The notes beneath the pieces were generated by a model, which was not told the DNA's origin, did not search any database, and was given only the letters and a program-made list of their open reading frames with translations. A stretch of DNA of 64,000 nucleotides from Lama glama (taxonomy: Eukaryota), in the NCBI GenBank assembly GCA_028534125.1, contig CM052817.1, positions 55,306,001 through 55,370,000 on the forward strand. Reading direction: 5' to 3'. Positions 24,452 to 37,774 of the stretch are shown here, in pieces (position 1 is the first letter of the stretch; each line of letters begins with the position of its first letter). The translations under genes and the position numbers were made by a program.

Positions 24452-25417
24452 TATACAAACAAAGAGACAATTCAAGAAGCCAGTGAAATGTTAGGAGGCA
24501 GAGAAGGGAATAAAGAAATTTAAGACAAAAAATTAGATGTCAGTATCATTACTTACTGAGATTGTAAGTTACGAGATAATTTACTTCTTTCTTTGTCATA
24601 AGTTCCATCTGAAATATTTGAAAGGAACATTCCTGTAAAGGTAATTAAGTGCAATATTTTAAATACTCCAGTATCAACATTAGGTGCTTTAGCAATTGAT
24701 TTAAACTATAATGACCTAAAAGAACTGTGGTTTTAAAGACTCTTGAGGAATTATAATTATCAATTACATATTTTTTCTATGTAAGATATCTGTTATTACG
24801 GTTCAGAAGGTTAAAATTTAATCTACAAGGTGATAAAACATGTCAAGCTTTGTAGAATATTGGATCTTGGAGATAAAAAATTATCATAAATGATGTTATA
24901 TAGTGTGGTCTCCTTCTGTTGTATTTTGTATTTTTGGTTTTATATCATCTCTTCTTAACAAAGCAAAACTGAAACTGTAGGGAGAGATCAAATGCATTTC
25001 GATATATATTTATAATACCACCCACCAAGAGATAAACATTCTAAATTCTAAATTTTTTGCCTAGTGGTTTTTTTTTTTTTTGATATGGCTACAAATGCCT
25101 ACCATATACTTGGGCATCCATTGATTATTAAAGGATCTATTGTCAATTTGAAACTTTACTGTTTCTACACTTTGCATTAATAAGGGCACCAGTGTACCCA
25201 AGACTACACAAATTCACAGCTTAGACTCATAATTAGAGAATCTAACAGGAAAATGCAGATGAAGATATTGTTAATTAAATCTCAACACTTTGTTCTTTTC
25301 AGGCTAAAAAAAAAAACCAAATTATAAATAAATAAAATTAGTCTTCTAGAAATTGAATATTTTTTTTTTGCTTCTGAATTACAGTAATTACTATTAGCTT
25401 CCATTTTAAAAAAATCT

Positions 25418-27089
25418 CTGGAAACTAAGCCCTTGTCAGTCTCATCTTTTGCAAATATTTTCTCCCATTCCTTAGGTTGTCTCTTTGTTTTGCTTGTGGT
25501 TTCCTTTGCTGTGCAAAAGCGTTTAAGTTTAATTAGGTCCTATTTGTTTATTTTTGCTTTTATTTCTATTACCTGGGTAGACTGCCCTAGAGGAACATTG
25601 CTAAGATTTATGTCAGATAATGTTTTGCCTTTGTTTTCTTCTACAAGGTTTATAGTGTCTTGTCTTATGTTTAAATCTTTCAGCTATTTTGAGTTTATTT
25701 TTGGGTATGGTGTGAGGAAGTATTCTAACTTCACTGATTTATGTGCAGCTGTCCAGTTTTCCCAGCACCATTTGCTGAAGAGATTATCTTTTACTCCATT
25801 GTATATTCTTGCCTCCGTTGTTGAAGACTAACTGACTAGCTTCTGTTCCATCAATCTATATGTCAGCTTTTGTACCAGTACCATGCTATTTTGATTACTG
25901 TGGCTTTGTAATATTGTCTAAAGTCTGGAAGGGTTATTCCTCCAGTTTCATTCTTTTTCTTCAATAGTGCTCTGGCAGTTCTGAGTCTTTTGTGATTTCA
26001 TATAAATTTTAGGATTGTTTGTTCTAGTTTTCTGAAAAATGTCAACAGCTCATACAACTTAATAGTAACAAAACAAACAACCCAATCTAAAAATGGGCAG
26101 AACACCTAAATAAGCAGTTCTCCAATGAAGACATACAAATGGCCAATAGGCATATGAAAAAAATGCTCAATATGACTAAATATCAGAGAAATGCAAATCA
26201 GAACTACAATGAGATATTACCTCACACCAGTCAGAACAGCCATCATTAAAAAGTCTACAAACAATAAATGCTGAAGAGGATGTGGAGAAAAGGGAACCCT
26301 CCTACACTGTTGTTGGGAATGTAGTCTGGTGCAGCCATTATGGAGCAGTGTGGAGATTCCTCAAAAAACTAAAAATAGACATACCATATGATCCAACAGT
26401 CCCACTCCTGGGCATATATCAAGAGGGAATTTTAATTTGAAAAGATACCTGCACCCCAATGTTTATAGCAGCACTATATACAGTAGCCAAGACCTGGAAA
26501 CAACCTAAATGTCCATTGACAGATGATTGGATAAAGAAGCTCTGGTACATTTATACAATGGAATACTACTCAGCCATAAAAAATAATAAAATAATGCTAT
26601 ATGCAGCCAACATGGATGGACCTGGAGATTGTCATTCTAAGTGAAGTAAGCCAGAAAGAGAAAGAAAATTACCATATGATATCACTTATATGTGGAACCC
26701 CCCAAAAAGACAAATGAACTAATTTACAAAACAAAAAAGACAAATGAACTAATTTACTAATTTACAGACTAACAGACATAGAAAACAAACTTACTATTAC
26801 CAGGGTGGGAAGGGGATGGGAAGGGATAAATTGGGAGTTTGAGATTTCCATATGTTATGTATTTCCTTAACTAATAAATATAAAATAGATAAACAAGTTC
26901 ATACTGTATAGCACAGGGAACTATATTCAGTATCTTATAGTAACCTATAAAGAAAAGAATATGAAAATGAATATATGTACATATATGTATGACTGAACTA
27001 TTACGTTGTACACCAGAAATTGACACAACATTGTAAACTGACTATACTTCAATAATAAAAATAAATAAATACATAAAATAAAATAATTT
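25418..27089 (+). mobile_element. Young L1 with 5' inversion (twin priming): 25418-26043 antisense, 26044-27089 sense
   Basis: Antisense ORF2 switches at gtc|aacagctcatacaac to sense ORF2 ([19 protein letters not shown]), 3'UTR and A-rich tail. TSD aaaaaaatct (25408-25417) / aaaaaatct (27090-27098), both preceded by ttt. Confidence 0.93.
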
Positions 27090-27629
27090 AAAAAATCTAA
27101 TTGACTTACACAAGAAAGATTTATGAGATTTCTTGATTATCTATACTGACACAGGTCACTCTCCTGTAAATAGTGACTCAAGATGCTAAAGGTGTTTTAT
27201 TTCATTGTTCTATGGTCCCCTGGGGCCTCCATGATACAGTCTTTAAGGATCTCTCCATGAGTGTGACTGAGGAACCAAAGAGACCCATTGGATGCCTCAG
27301 AACTTTTTAGGAGCCATACCTAGAAGTAGTATAATGCTTTCCCCAACATTTTCTCAGCAATATGTTAATCACAGGGCCTAATTATTTGCAGTGGAGACTA
27401 GTAAATGAAAAGGATTCCACGCTTAGGCCATAGGTGCTTTGGCTTTGGTCAAGTAAGAAAGCAACAAAATGTGTAATGGAGATTGAGGTTGAAAGATTCA
27501 TATTGAGTATTTACTGAGTGCTCTAGTATGTCAACAAAGGCTGAAGTGACTGGATTTTAGAGTCACGGAGAATCATAGTATTCAACTATCCTCAATTCCT
27601 TATCATATAAATGAGTAAATTGATGTCCA

Positions 27630-27990
27630 TTCATGCATTTCTTCCTTCTTTCATCTAACATTCGTGTATGCCAGGCTCATGGGGGCTAGGCTCTCTGTTC
27701 ACACTTGGGGAATAAGACACCATTTCATCTTTAAACAATTCAGAGACTTTGAGGAATATTGTAAATTAAATGTACTGATAGGTGTGTGCACAGGGTGCTC
27801 CGGAAGCAGAAAAGAAAGCATCACACTCTACGTGAGGAATGGAATTTGGAGACTTGGGAGCCAAAAGGAGCATGTTCATGCAGAGTCAGTAAGGAGACGT
27901 AGGCCAACAAGGTTAAATTGAGCAAGGGAGGAGGAAATACAGCCAAAGGAAAACCCATGCTAAAGTTTATGTGAACCTGGAACAATCATG
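27630..27990 (-). mobile_element. LINE-2 relic
   Basis: cattcatgcatt...tgtatgccaggctc...ggtgtgtgcacagggtgct. Confidence 0.5.
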
Positions 27991-28199
27991 TTTAAAGACA
28001 AATATTTTCCAAAGTCATGTTGAGTCAAGCAAAGTGATTTGATCAGTCTCCAGTATTCACTTTGTAACCTGAACTTCAACACTGGTCTCTAGCATTCCAG
28101 CCCATTTCTCCTTCTTTCTTGCAAAGAAAAATTGCAGATAGGTTAACGTCTCAGCTGTGGAACCAGTATAAATTCTGCAGTTTACAATTTTAACTCTTT

Positions 28200-28360
28200 C
28201 AAGGAATATTTGTTGAATCCTAATTTTCTTATCTAAAAGATGGGCATAATAATAGCTATTTCTTCCTTGTATGTTTGTTGTGAGAAGTAAATAAACTAGT
28301 GAGAAAAAAAGTCAATTAGATTAGTTCTTGGCTCACAGTAAGCATTTAATGAATATTTGC
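28200..28360 (+). mobile_element. MIR/L2 3' relic
   Basis: ttttcttatctaaaagatgggcataataatagcta...ttggctcacagtaagcatttaatgaatatttg. Confidence 0.65.
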
Positions 28361-29343
28361 ATACATTAATATAACTATTTGTTTAAGTATATAAGTTATT
28401 GACTGTATTTTATTAGGCCTTAGTGTTGAAATTCATAAAAGGATTCTATATTCTTCAGTTTATTTCTTACAGAAAAAGCAAAAAAAAAAAAATTTACACT
28501 CAGTGCATGGATAGGTATAGCCAAAACCATATATATTGGATTATGTGGGTTATGTGGTTTATGGGTTAAAAATGCTTAGGATGTTCAGCCCCCATAGTTG
28601 TTTTGATAGTTTATCCAAATGGTCAAAGCAAGTGCAAAGTACTACAGTTGGCCTAAATACCATGAAATGGAATCTTTCAAAATCATTTCTTGAGGTTTTA
28701 GAATAGAGAAGGAGTATCTTTTTCTTAGTGATCATGACTTAATGATATATTGGAATCTACTGTTCGGTTGTTCCATTGATTATATCTTGATTCCACCATA
28801 GTCGATTATAACTTAGTAGATTATGGCATATAAGGCTATTAAATAAGAGTTAAGAGGTATTTGCAGAAGTGAGACAGCAGTGGAACATCAACAGTGAACA
28901 CAGTAAGAAGTGGAAATCTGTAGGGAGAAGGAGGTCCATAGAGACAAATTTGATTCTGAATTCTGACTGTACTATATATTATTTCTCACTTTTGTGCTTG
29001 TTACTTAATAGCTTTGTACTATTTTTCTTCATTTTAGAAAGAGGACTAATAATCCATCCTATGTTGTGTGTTTGTAAAAATCAAATGAATGGTTTCTACA
29101 TTTCATTTGTATTAGGTACATATACTTAACATTATAATATTTATAAAATTAGTGTCAGTCCTACCATAGATAATGTACACAGTTTAATTGGTAATGTTTA
29201 TTTTTCTTTCTTGGGAGTGCATAAACTGGATAATGTGTCTTTCAATTGATGGCTTTGATGAAATAGAGATATGTAATTCACCCTAGTGATTAATGGCCAC
29301 AGAAGTTTTATTTTCCTTTCCTTTCTTTTTCTGGTTTCTTCAG

Positions 29344-29425
29344 ATCGCAGATTATTTACTCATATAGAAACATGTCTAAGAGCCTGTGCAAATAAAGGAA
29401 ATGGGCAATCAGAAAAATTACATAG
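29344..29425 (+). other. Candidate exon (82 nt) of an unidentified host transcript
   Basis: Long polypyrimidine tract ttttcctttcctttctttttctggtttcttcag and donor AG|gtattt. One frame is open: RRLFTHIETCLRACANKGNGQSEKLH. Confidence 0.3.
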
Positions 29426-31149
29426 GTATTTCATCCTAAGAATAAGATTTCATAAAAAGTAAGCTTTATAGTAGACATGTTCGAATTTGTATTATAAAGA
29501 CAATAAATCTGTTTATACTAATATAATCATTTATGTAAAAGGGATAGTAACAGATATAACTTCTTTGATGGATGATATTGTAAAGGAAATTAAAAGACTC
29601 CTTGACTTTCTCAGGGAAGATTCACACTGTGTCTCCATGTTTGGAGTTCTTTTCTCTGCTAGTGTGTGTGTGAGTGATACCATAAAACTGTAGACCAAGC
29701 CTAGTTTTCCAACACCCAAGGTGAATTTCCCATGATTTTAGGAGAATTCTTGAGCTATCAAGTAACTGTATAATAAAACAAAGGCCACCTTTCATTTAAA
29801 GTTTAAAAATGTGCCACAGTGTTTATTTTTCCAACTCCTTTAAGATATGTTAATCAGAAAATACTTTATTTAAAGAACAATTAGTTAGAAATCTCATATT
29901 TAACATGGGTGAAAACAGAGCTGCTCACATTTAAAAAGACCATGTGATCCAATGTCATCTCTGTCTTCCCTCTCTTACACCCTTTTTTCCAGGAGGGTCC
30001 TGAGGGAGCTAGGTCTTTGGAACAGCGAGGGCACAGTTGGCAAACTACTTCCACAAAGTATAGGTGCATAGAACGTGAAAGTGCTGTCATCTAAAAGTGG
30101 AACTCTGTGTTGAAATTTGAAAACAAATTGAGAATGACTCAACAACTTTATTTTTTAAGAGTGATTTCATCTGTTTCTAATTTCAAGAAAGATTTTTTAA
30201 ACTGTATACATTCCAAAAGAGATAGTAAGATGTGAAAATGTTTGAGTATTGTAGCAGTTAAGAGTTGTTCTTGATTGCTCACTCACTATAAATGGAGCTG
30301 TACTCTATTTTGATAATTCAGAAGAAAATATATTGACCCTGGAGCTCAATAACAAAACAAATAACAAAAAAACAAAAAAAATCATTTGATGTCAGACTAT
30401 ACTTTGATAAAGTTGATGACGCTGAAATTCTCACTGCTCTTGAATTTAAGGATGGTATTAATTCTTTGAAACCTTAAAGGTAAATAGCCATTATAGACTG
30501 AATAGACAGTGATAATTTCTCAAAAATACTAGTTGCAGTGCCTCTGTATCCAGGATGATTATTTTTTAATAAATATTTTATTTTAGTGGTGAGATTCCCT
30601 TGTAAATAATAACCAATACATGTTGAACTCTAACAAAAAACATTTTTACTGGATTTTTATTTTTTATTGATACATGCCAAGCTACATACAATTAGTTTCT
30701 TTACTTTCCTTATGTCTGCAATTTGGAATTACTAGCAGGATATTATTTTTTAATTGATCTTGCAGATATTTACCAACATTTATTCAACATCTATCTTTCA
30801 TGTGTAAAAGAACATATTCTACTTAATAGCTTTTCCTTAACACTATGTATACAAAAATGGGAAAAAAACCTGTAACACTGATTATGTGTTAAAAACTACA
30901 CTAGTAACAGCCAGAGTAAGAAATTTTTCATAAAAATTGTTTAATGCATATGATTTGGCACTTTTTTATAAAAATTAAATCTAAAGTATTAATTTTTTTG
31001 AAAGTAGTGTTTGATTTATGTCAAATATGAGGTGGTAGATGTATGCACATATAAATATATATAATCATATGTAAATAAATACATATAAATAATTCAAAAC
31101 TATATTTACTATCTGGAGATATTTTTAATTAAAAAATTATCTAACTTAA

Positions 31150-31535
31150 CCACCGTCTTCCTCTCTGTTACTACGAGTTTGGCTTTTCAAAATTTCACAT
31201 GTGAGTGATATCATTTTGTATTTGTTTTTCTCTGTATTTCACTTAGAAGAATGTCCTCAGGGTCAATCCACATTGTCACAAATGGCAGGGTTTCCTTCCA
31301 TCTCATGGCTGAATAATATTCCAGTGTGTGTGTGTGTGTGTGTGTGTGTATGATATCTTCTTTAGCCATTTATCTGTCCATGGACACTTAGGTTGTTTTC
31401 AGTTCTTGGCTACTGTAAAAAATGCTGCAGTAAACATGGGGGCCGCAGATCTCTTTGAGATAATGACTTCATTTCTTTCGAATATGTATGTATTCAGAAG
31501 TGGGATTGCTGAATTATATAGTAGTTCTATTTTTA
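31150..31535 (-). mobile_element. L1MA-like 3'UTR fragment containing (TG)13 at 31324-31349
   Basis: ttcacatgtgagtgatatcat...catggctgaataatattcc...atggacacttaggttgtttt. Confidence 0.85.
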
Positions 31536-32811
31536 ATTTTTATTATAACAAAAGTAAGTTAAGAAGCATGTGCATGCACATATACGTGCAGTGAAAGAGA
31601 TGTTCTATTTACTAATCTAAGAGATTTTCAGATATATGATAAGTATCTATAAGTAACAAAGTAATATGTTTCCCTGTTATATTTCTTGAAAATTTATTTA
31701 TAAAAATAAATTTTTATAAAAAACATGCATTAAATAAAAGTAATTTCACATCTTTCTATTTAGTATTGTTAAATATACTATTAAAATCAATCATTTAAGT
31801 ATTTACATGCATATTTGCATGCTCATAAGTAAGAAGTCAGAGACATAAGGAAAGGCATTAACAAACATTTTAGAAAGAAACATATATATACACATACATA
31901 TTCAGGAAACAATTTTAATGGAGTTTTAGAGCTTCTAAGTATAGGGATTATTATTTGGAATTAGGAAAGATACATTAAAATACTACAAAAGCTAAACTAT
32001 ATGAGAAAATATTTAGAGAATTCCCAAATTATAGGATATGATTGAGTTGCTTCTTTACTTTATGTCTAATACACATTAGCAATATAATTCTTGCATGAGA
32101 GGTATTTTCCCTTCTTTGTCCTCTTAACCACAGGATAAATGTGAGTGGTTTTATATGAAAATGTGATCCTGTATTCCCAGGAATTTTTTTTTATTACTTG
32201 AGCCCAGATTTTTCATAACTCCAATAACTGATCCCTTATCTTTTAAAACTTGTTTAGTCTTTGAAATCTTTTAAATAATTGAAATCTAAGCAATAATTAT
32301 TTACACTTGAATATAGTACTCAGAATCCTCTGGTAAGGTTTTTTTCTAGGTACCAAAGTGGTAATTCCCTTAGTTACAGGTTAAACATTTTGTATAAAAT
32401 ATATAGCAAATTAATTGGTTCTAAATTATTACCTAGAGTTAGTAGCTTCAAATACAATTTTGCTGGAGTAAGGAACAGGGAAATTTCTGTTGCTGAGAAA
32501 TTTATTATTCTCCCTATATTTCTGTATCAGTTCCTCCTTGAAATAACCGCATTCTTTGGAAAGCCAACTTAGATCAGAACAGTCTTTGCTATACCTCATT
32601 TACTTGATTTACCTAGAAAAGAGTCAATAGCAACTTTCAATTCTTAGAATAAACGAAGTCATTAAAATGAATTACGTTGAAATATACTGAAGAGGTCAGA
32701 GAAATATTGAGTTGCATGCTGCCTACCTAAATCTAGATCAAGAATAAATAGCCCTTTTAAGTGTTTCCAAATAGTATTCATTAGTGTATGAGATTTGGAA
32801 ATTAAAAATGT

Positions 32812-32916
32812 ACCTGATAGACTTCTAGCCTTCAGAACTGTGAGAAACTAAATTTCTGTTGTTTAAGCCACCACTGTATGGTACTGTGTTTTGGTAGCCT
32901 GAACAAATTAAGACAA
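32812..32916. mobile_element. MLT1 LTR terminal fragment
   Basis: gacttctagccttcagaactgtgagaaactaaatttctgttgtttaagccacc...attaagaca. Confidence 0.8.
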
Positions 32917-34229
32917 AATATTATGTGGAGTAATAATTAAGCAGTCATGTATTCCATTAAGAGCTTACTTGCTACCTCACATGAGAATTATGACTCCTCC
33001 AGGTATTTATTGAATATTTACTTACATCAGAGAACTAATAAAACAATGAACTTAGATATTAAATATGCACACACTTGCATAGACTAATTTTATATTACAG
33101 CTGAGCAAAGATTAGAGTTCAGGGTAAAATGACAATATGCATATTAAAATATAATATGATACTCTTAATTTCTTTATAGCTTATACGGACTTATAACTCA
33201 GATTCTCTTCATATTAAGATCTTCAAAAAAGAAATTAAAAATATATTATGTCTCTGAAACTCACATTGAAATAACAGCATCAAAGACAATGCCATTTAAT
33301 TGAACCAGTAAATATAACTTAAATTTCTATTTATAAATGATTAGGAAAAAAAATTATTTTTATATTAAAACAACTTCCAGGATCAAGGAAAATATGTGTT
33401 TTTTTTTAAAATAATTCATGAGTTAAGCATGTTTAGTTATGTGGTTGGCTTAGCTATGATATGTTACAAAAATGTGGTAGGTATGAAATCGATTTATTAC
33501 AAGGTAAACTGGAAAAAAAAAGACTTTACAAAATGAATTGCCCTTCTCAATGGCAGCAATATAAGGGAAATGAGTGAAAAATATGTAAAAGCAATTTGGA
33601 AAAGTAGAAATTAGGTATACCCATTGTGGACTCCACATATTCCAAACTTCACTTAATGAAATAATTTTGATAATAGTATAGATTTAATCACTATGAAATA
33701 AAACTATAAGCAATGTGGCCCTTTATATAACTAGGATTTATCTAATAATATACTATAATTTTGATTAGCCAAAAAAAGTACAAATATAATAGTACAAAGT
33801 GGTTCAGCAACTTCCAAAGACAGCTTCAGGTTCAAGACTGATCCGGTCTCAAAGGGCTCTTAATTCTTTAGAAAGGCCAAGTTACTTATTCTTGGTATTA
33901 GTTTATTATGTTTGGAAAAATCTGTTTATAGTTTTGAAAAATACAGACCACAACGATTAACTAATTGAGTTTTTCAGTTAAGATTTTGCTTATATGGAGT
34001 ATAAAAATACTGGTTTAAAACTAAATTTTTGTTTTTTTACTTCAAACTGTCTGATGACATAGAAGTCAAGCTGATATAAAATTACCTTGGGGATCTAAGG
34101 GGATCTCTTTTTGAGAAATCATTTCTCCTAACAAAACAAACAATATATATAATCTGTCAAAGATATTTTACCCTAAAATAGTCAGAGGCATCCTAACATG
34201 GCTCATTAGTCGCATTATGGTTAAAACAA

Positions 34230-34712
34230 TATTAATTTTCTATTTCTGCATAACAGATTGCCCCAAATTTAGTGGCTTGACATAAATGTATTATTTCACA
34301 GTTTCTGTGATTGTATTTCTGGGCCCTAACTGGGTTCTTCACTTCAGGGTCTCTCATAGGTTACATAGTGTTCTCTGGGCCAAAGTCATTTCAATGCTCA
34401 ACTGAGCAGCATGTTAGTGGAAATCAATTTCTAGTGGTTTGTTGGACTGATTCTATCCTTAGTTCCTTGACAGGTGGGCCTCTCTCATATGGCAGCTTAC
34501 TAATTACATCCTACAAGCCAAGAAGGCAATAGAACCTGTCTGTTAGCAGGAGGTAAATGCCAGTCTTTCCTAACCTAATCATGGAGGTTATGGCTTATAA
34601 CCATACTGCTTGTCTGTTGGTTAAAGGTGGTGGTGTCTGACGTACTCTCAAGGAAAGGAGATGACCCAAGAGGCAAGCATCAGAGAGGACCATCTTTGAA
34701 AGTGGTCTACCA
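34230..34712. mobile_element. MaLR LTR (MLT1E/F-like)
   Basis: tattaattttctatttctgcataacagattgccccaaatttagtggctt...ttcacagtttctgtg...gtctaccata. Confidence 0.75.
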
Positions 34713-35149
34713 TAGTACCTATTAAGTTTGTCAATTTTTTTTTTAAACTTTGTATATCCATTTAGACATTAAGTCTACTTTATCACTGAGATAGTTAATG
34801 AAATGAAAGTATGTTGAGTGAAAATACACACAATATAAATTCACTACAGGAGTTTTTCAGCAAATTCATGTATTAACAGTTGTAAAGAGCTATTTAAAGT
34901 AAGAAACTGTCTCTAGTAAAGAGAACCAAATGAAGTAGTTGTGAAAATGATGTGAAAACGTTGGCAATACAGATGTCTATAGCCCCAAGGGACTGCACTT
35001 ATGCTTTATGTGAATTTAAAAGGACTGCACTCAGATTCCTCTAAAGTAATATGGGTTCTGCTGAGGTACTTACAGTTAGCTGAGCTAGCCAAAGGTAAGG
35101 AAAGAAACATGAAGGTAACACATATCAGCCTGAGATTGAGTTAGAGTTA

Positions 35150-35395
35150 TCATTGCCATTACTTAACGTAAGAGCTGCATACTATTTTCTATGTAATGCC
35201 CTAAGTATTTTATAAACATTAATTGAATTTGTGCATATAGTAACTCCAGGAAGTTGATATTATTAATATTTGCATTTTACAGGTGGGGAAACTGATGCAA
35301 AGATAGGTTAAGTCACTCACTAAGAAGTAACAAAGCTGGGCTTGAACTTAAGCAATGTGGCTTTAGTCTCTGGAAAACCGCATGTACTGCCTCAA
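35150..35395 (-). mobile_element. MIR SINE relic
   Basis: cattttacaggtggggaaactgatgcaaagataggttaagtcact. Confidence 0.75.
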
Positions 35396-36009
35396 CTTAA
35401 TAACAATTGGCAATGACTTATTATGTATTTGATTATGTTTCTGATTAATCACAATATCTATATGATACAGAAACTATTATTGTGTTGATGATACACACAG
35501 TTAGAGGACAAGGAACAATCCAAAGCCAGGCAGCTAGTAAAATGTAGTGGAAAATATAGAAAAACCTAAAAATAGAAGACCTATACCACTGAATTAAAAA
35601 TGAAATTAATTAATTGTAAGTGCTCAAACCAAACAGTTGAATGAAAAATATTAGATGTGATAGATTAGATTCTTCTCGCTTTAAAAACATAACTGTTTCT
35701 GGATTGTTAACATAAAGATTCAAATAAGAGAAAGGTTGACACATATAACTTGACCTGTTTCAAGAAATACCAAAATAGCTTATAAATAGTTAACACTTTA
35801 AGTCAATGGAAATCACAATTAATCTATTTTCATTTGTAGGCTTCACTAAGATCAAATATGTTCTAGATATATAAATATTAATCTTTAATGTAAGGACTGA
35901 AGATAATTCAGTAACATATTTCATGATCCCTATACTGTTTTGTATCTTTTTTTTTATAATTTTAACATCAGGAACCAATTATGAACTAGAGAGTTACTTT
36001 AAGATATTA

Positions 36010-37740
36010 TTTTCCTTAACCACTAAAAACCTTAGTGCACATTTCACATGCACATTTTCTCATTTAACCATACTAAAATATTAAAATTGTAAAACAACAT
36101 TTATATATTTCTATTTAATCAATAATACTTTTTCAAGTGAACTATTAATTATCAATTGTGCCAGTAATATTTTTACATATTTTTCATTCTTGCCTCAGAT
36201 TCACTCTAGGACAACATTACATTTAGTGATTATTTGTCTTTATTCTCCTTTAATCTGGAACATTTTTCTTTCATGTATTTTGAAGACTGTTTTCCAGGAG
36301 TTTTACAAAAACTAACCAGTTTTTTTTTTTTTGTGAAATTGTCCCTCAATTTGGGTTTATGTGATGTTCCTTCATGGTTAGATTTGAGTTCTCCAATTTT
36401 GGCAAGAATACTACAAAACTGTTGTGTATTTCTCAGTGCATTATATTAGTATGTATGTGGTGAGATTATTCCAGTATTGGTAGTATTAAATGATCATTTT
36501 GAATAAAGTATATATGCTAGGACTTTCCACTATAAACTTATTTTTCTCTTTATAATTAATAGGTAATATGTGGGGATATAGTTTGAGACTCCATTGTCTC
36601 AATATCCTGTTCCTCTTGAGAGTTTCTTACACTGGTTTTAGCATCCACTGACAATTTGCTATCTCCATTGTAATGTAAATTGGTATTCTACTGTAAGAAG
36701 GAGCTTCCCGCCATCTCCTTCATATCTTTAGTATAGAATTTATGGTTTCTCACTTTATTTTGTCAGCTATTATCTATTACTATCATTATTGATTTGGGTT
36801 TCCACATTTATGTACATTATGATTTCAATTATTTGACATTTGTTGAGACTTATTGTTTGAGTAAGGTAATGAAAACTTGATCAGAATGTTCTATGCTCAC
36901 TTGAATGAAATGTAAAATGTGTAATATAGTGTTCTATATTAACATAATTATGGTATTTGATAGTGCTTTTCAGTTTTTCTGCATTCTTACAGTTTATTTT
37001 CTGGTTCATCTGTCATTTGAGAGAATAATGTTAAAATTTTCTGAGTAAGATTATTGAATTGTCTACTTAACCCTTTATTTTTGTCAATTTTTGCTTAATA
37101 TATTTTTAAACTGTGTTACCAGGTACATATGTAGTTACAATTGATATGTCTCTTTGATGAATTGCCATTCAATCATTATGAAATACTAGTCTTTAACTCT
37201 GGTACACTCCTTGCTCTCAAGGATATTTTGTCTGTTCTTAATACAGCCATTTAGGTGTTCTTATTCTTAATGTTCACATGGTATTTCTATTTCTGTTCTC
37301 TTACTTTATAGCTGTATGTGTTTCTATGTTAAAAGTATGGTTCTAGGAGACAGTTACAAGGTATGGCTTTGGATTTTATCCAGTTAGAGAACTACTGCAT
37401 TTTAATTGATTTATTTCATTTATATTTAATTATTGACATATAAGTACTGACATTTTACTGACTGTTTTCTCTGTTGTGTCAAATTTGTCTTCTGTTCCTT
37501 GTTTCTAGCATTTGGGGGGATAAATTTTTTTCTACACCCATTTTAATTCTTATATTGACTTTTCTGCTATACCACTTTTTATTACTTTTTGGTGGTGGTT
37601 TTAAGAATTACACTACACATCCTTAACCATTATATTCTACTTCCAGTCAATGTTTTATTATCTCACTTAGAATATAATAATCTTGCAATAATACTGTTTT
37701 ATCCCCCTGATCTTTTTGTTTTTTTTTAATCATGTACATA
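36010..37740 (-). mobile_element. Old L1MC/ME fragments
   Basis: ctcctttaatctggaacattt, tgtccctcaatttgggtttatgtgatg, tttggcaagaatactaca; ORF2-like ttgttgagacttatt...gagagaataatgttaaaattt. Confidence 0.7.
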
Positions 37741-37774
37741 TGAATCTACCTAGATTAAAGATGCTAAATGTGGT

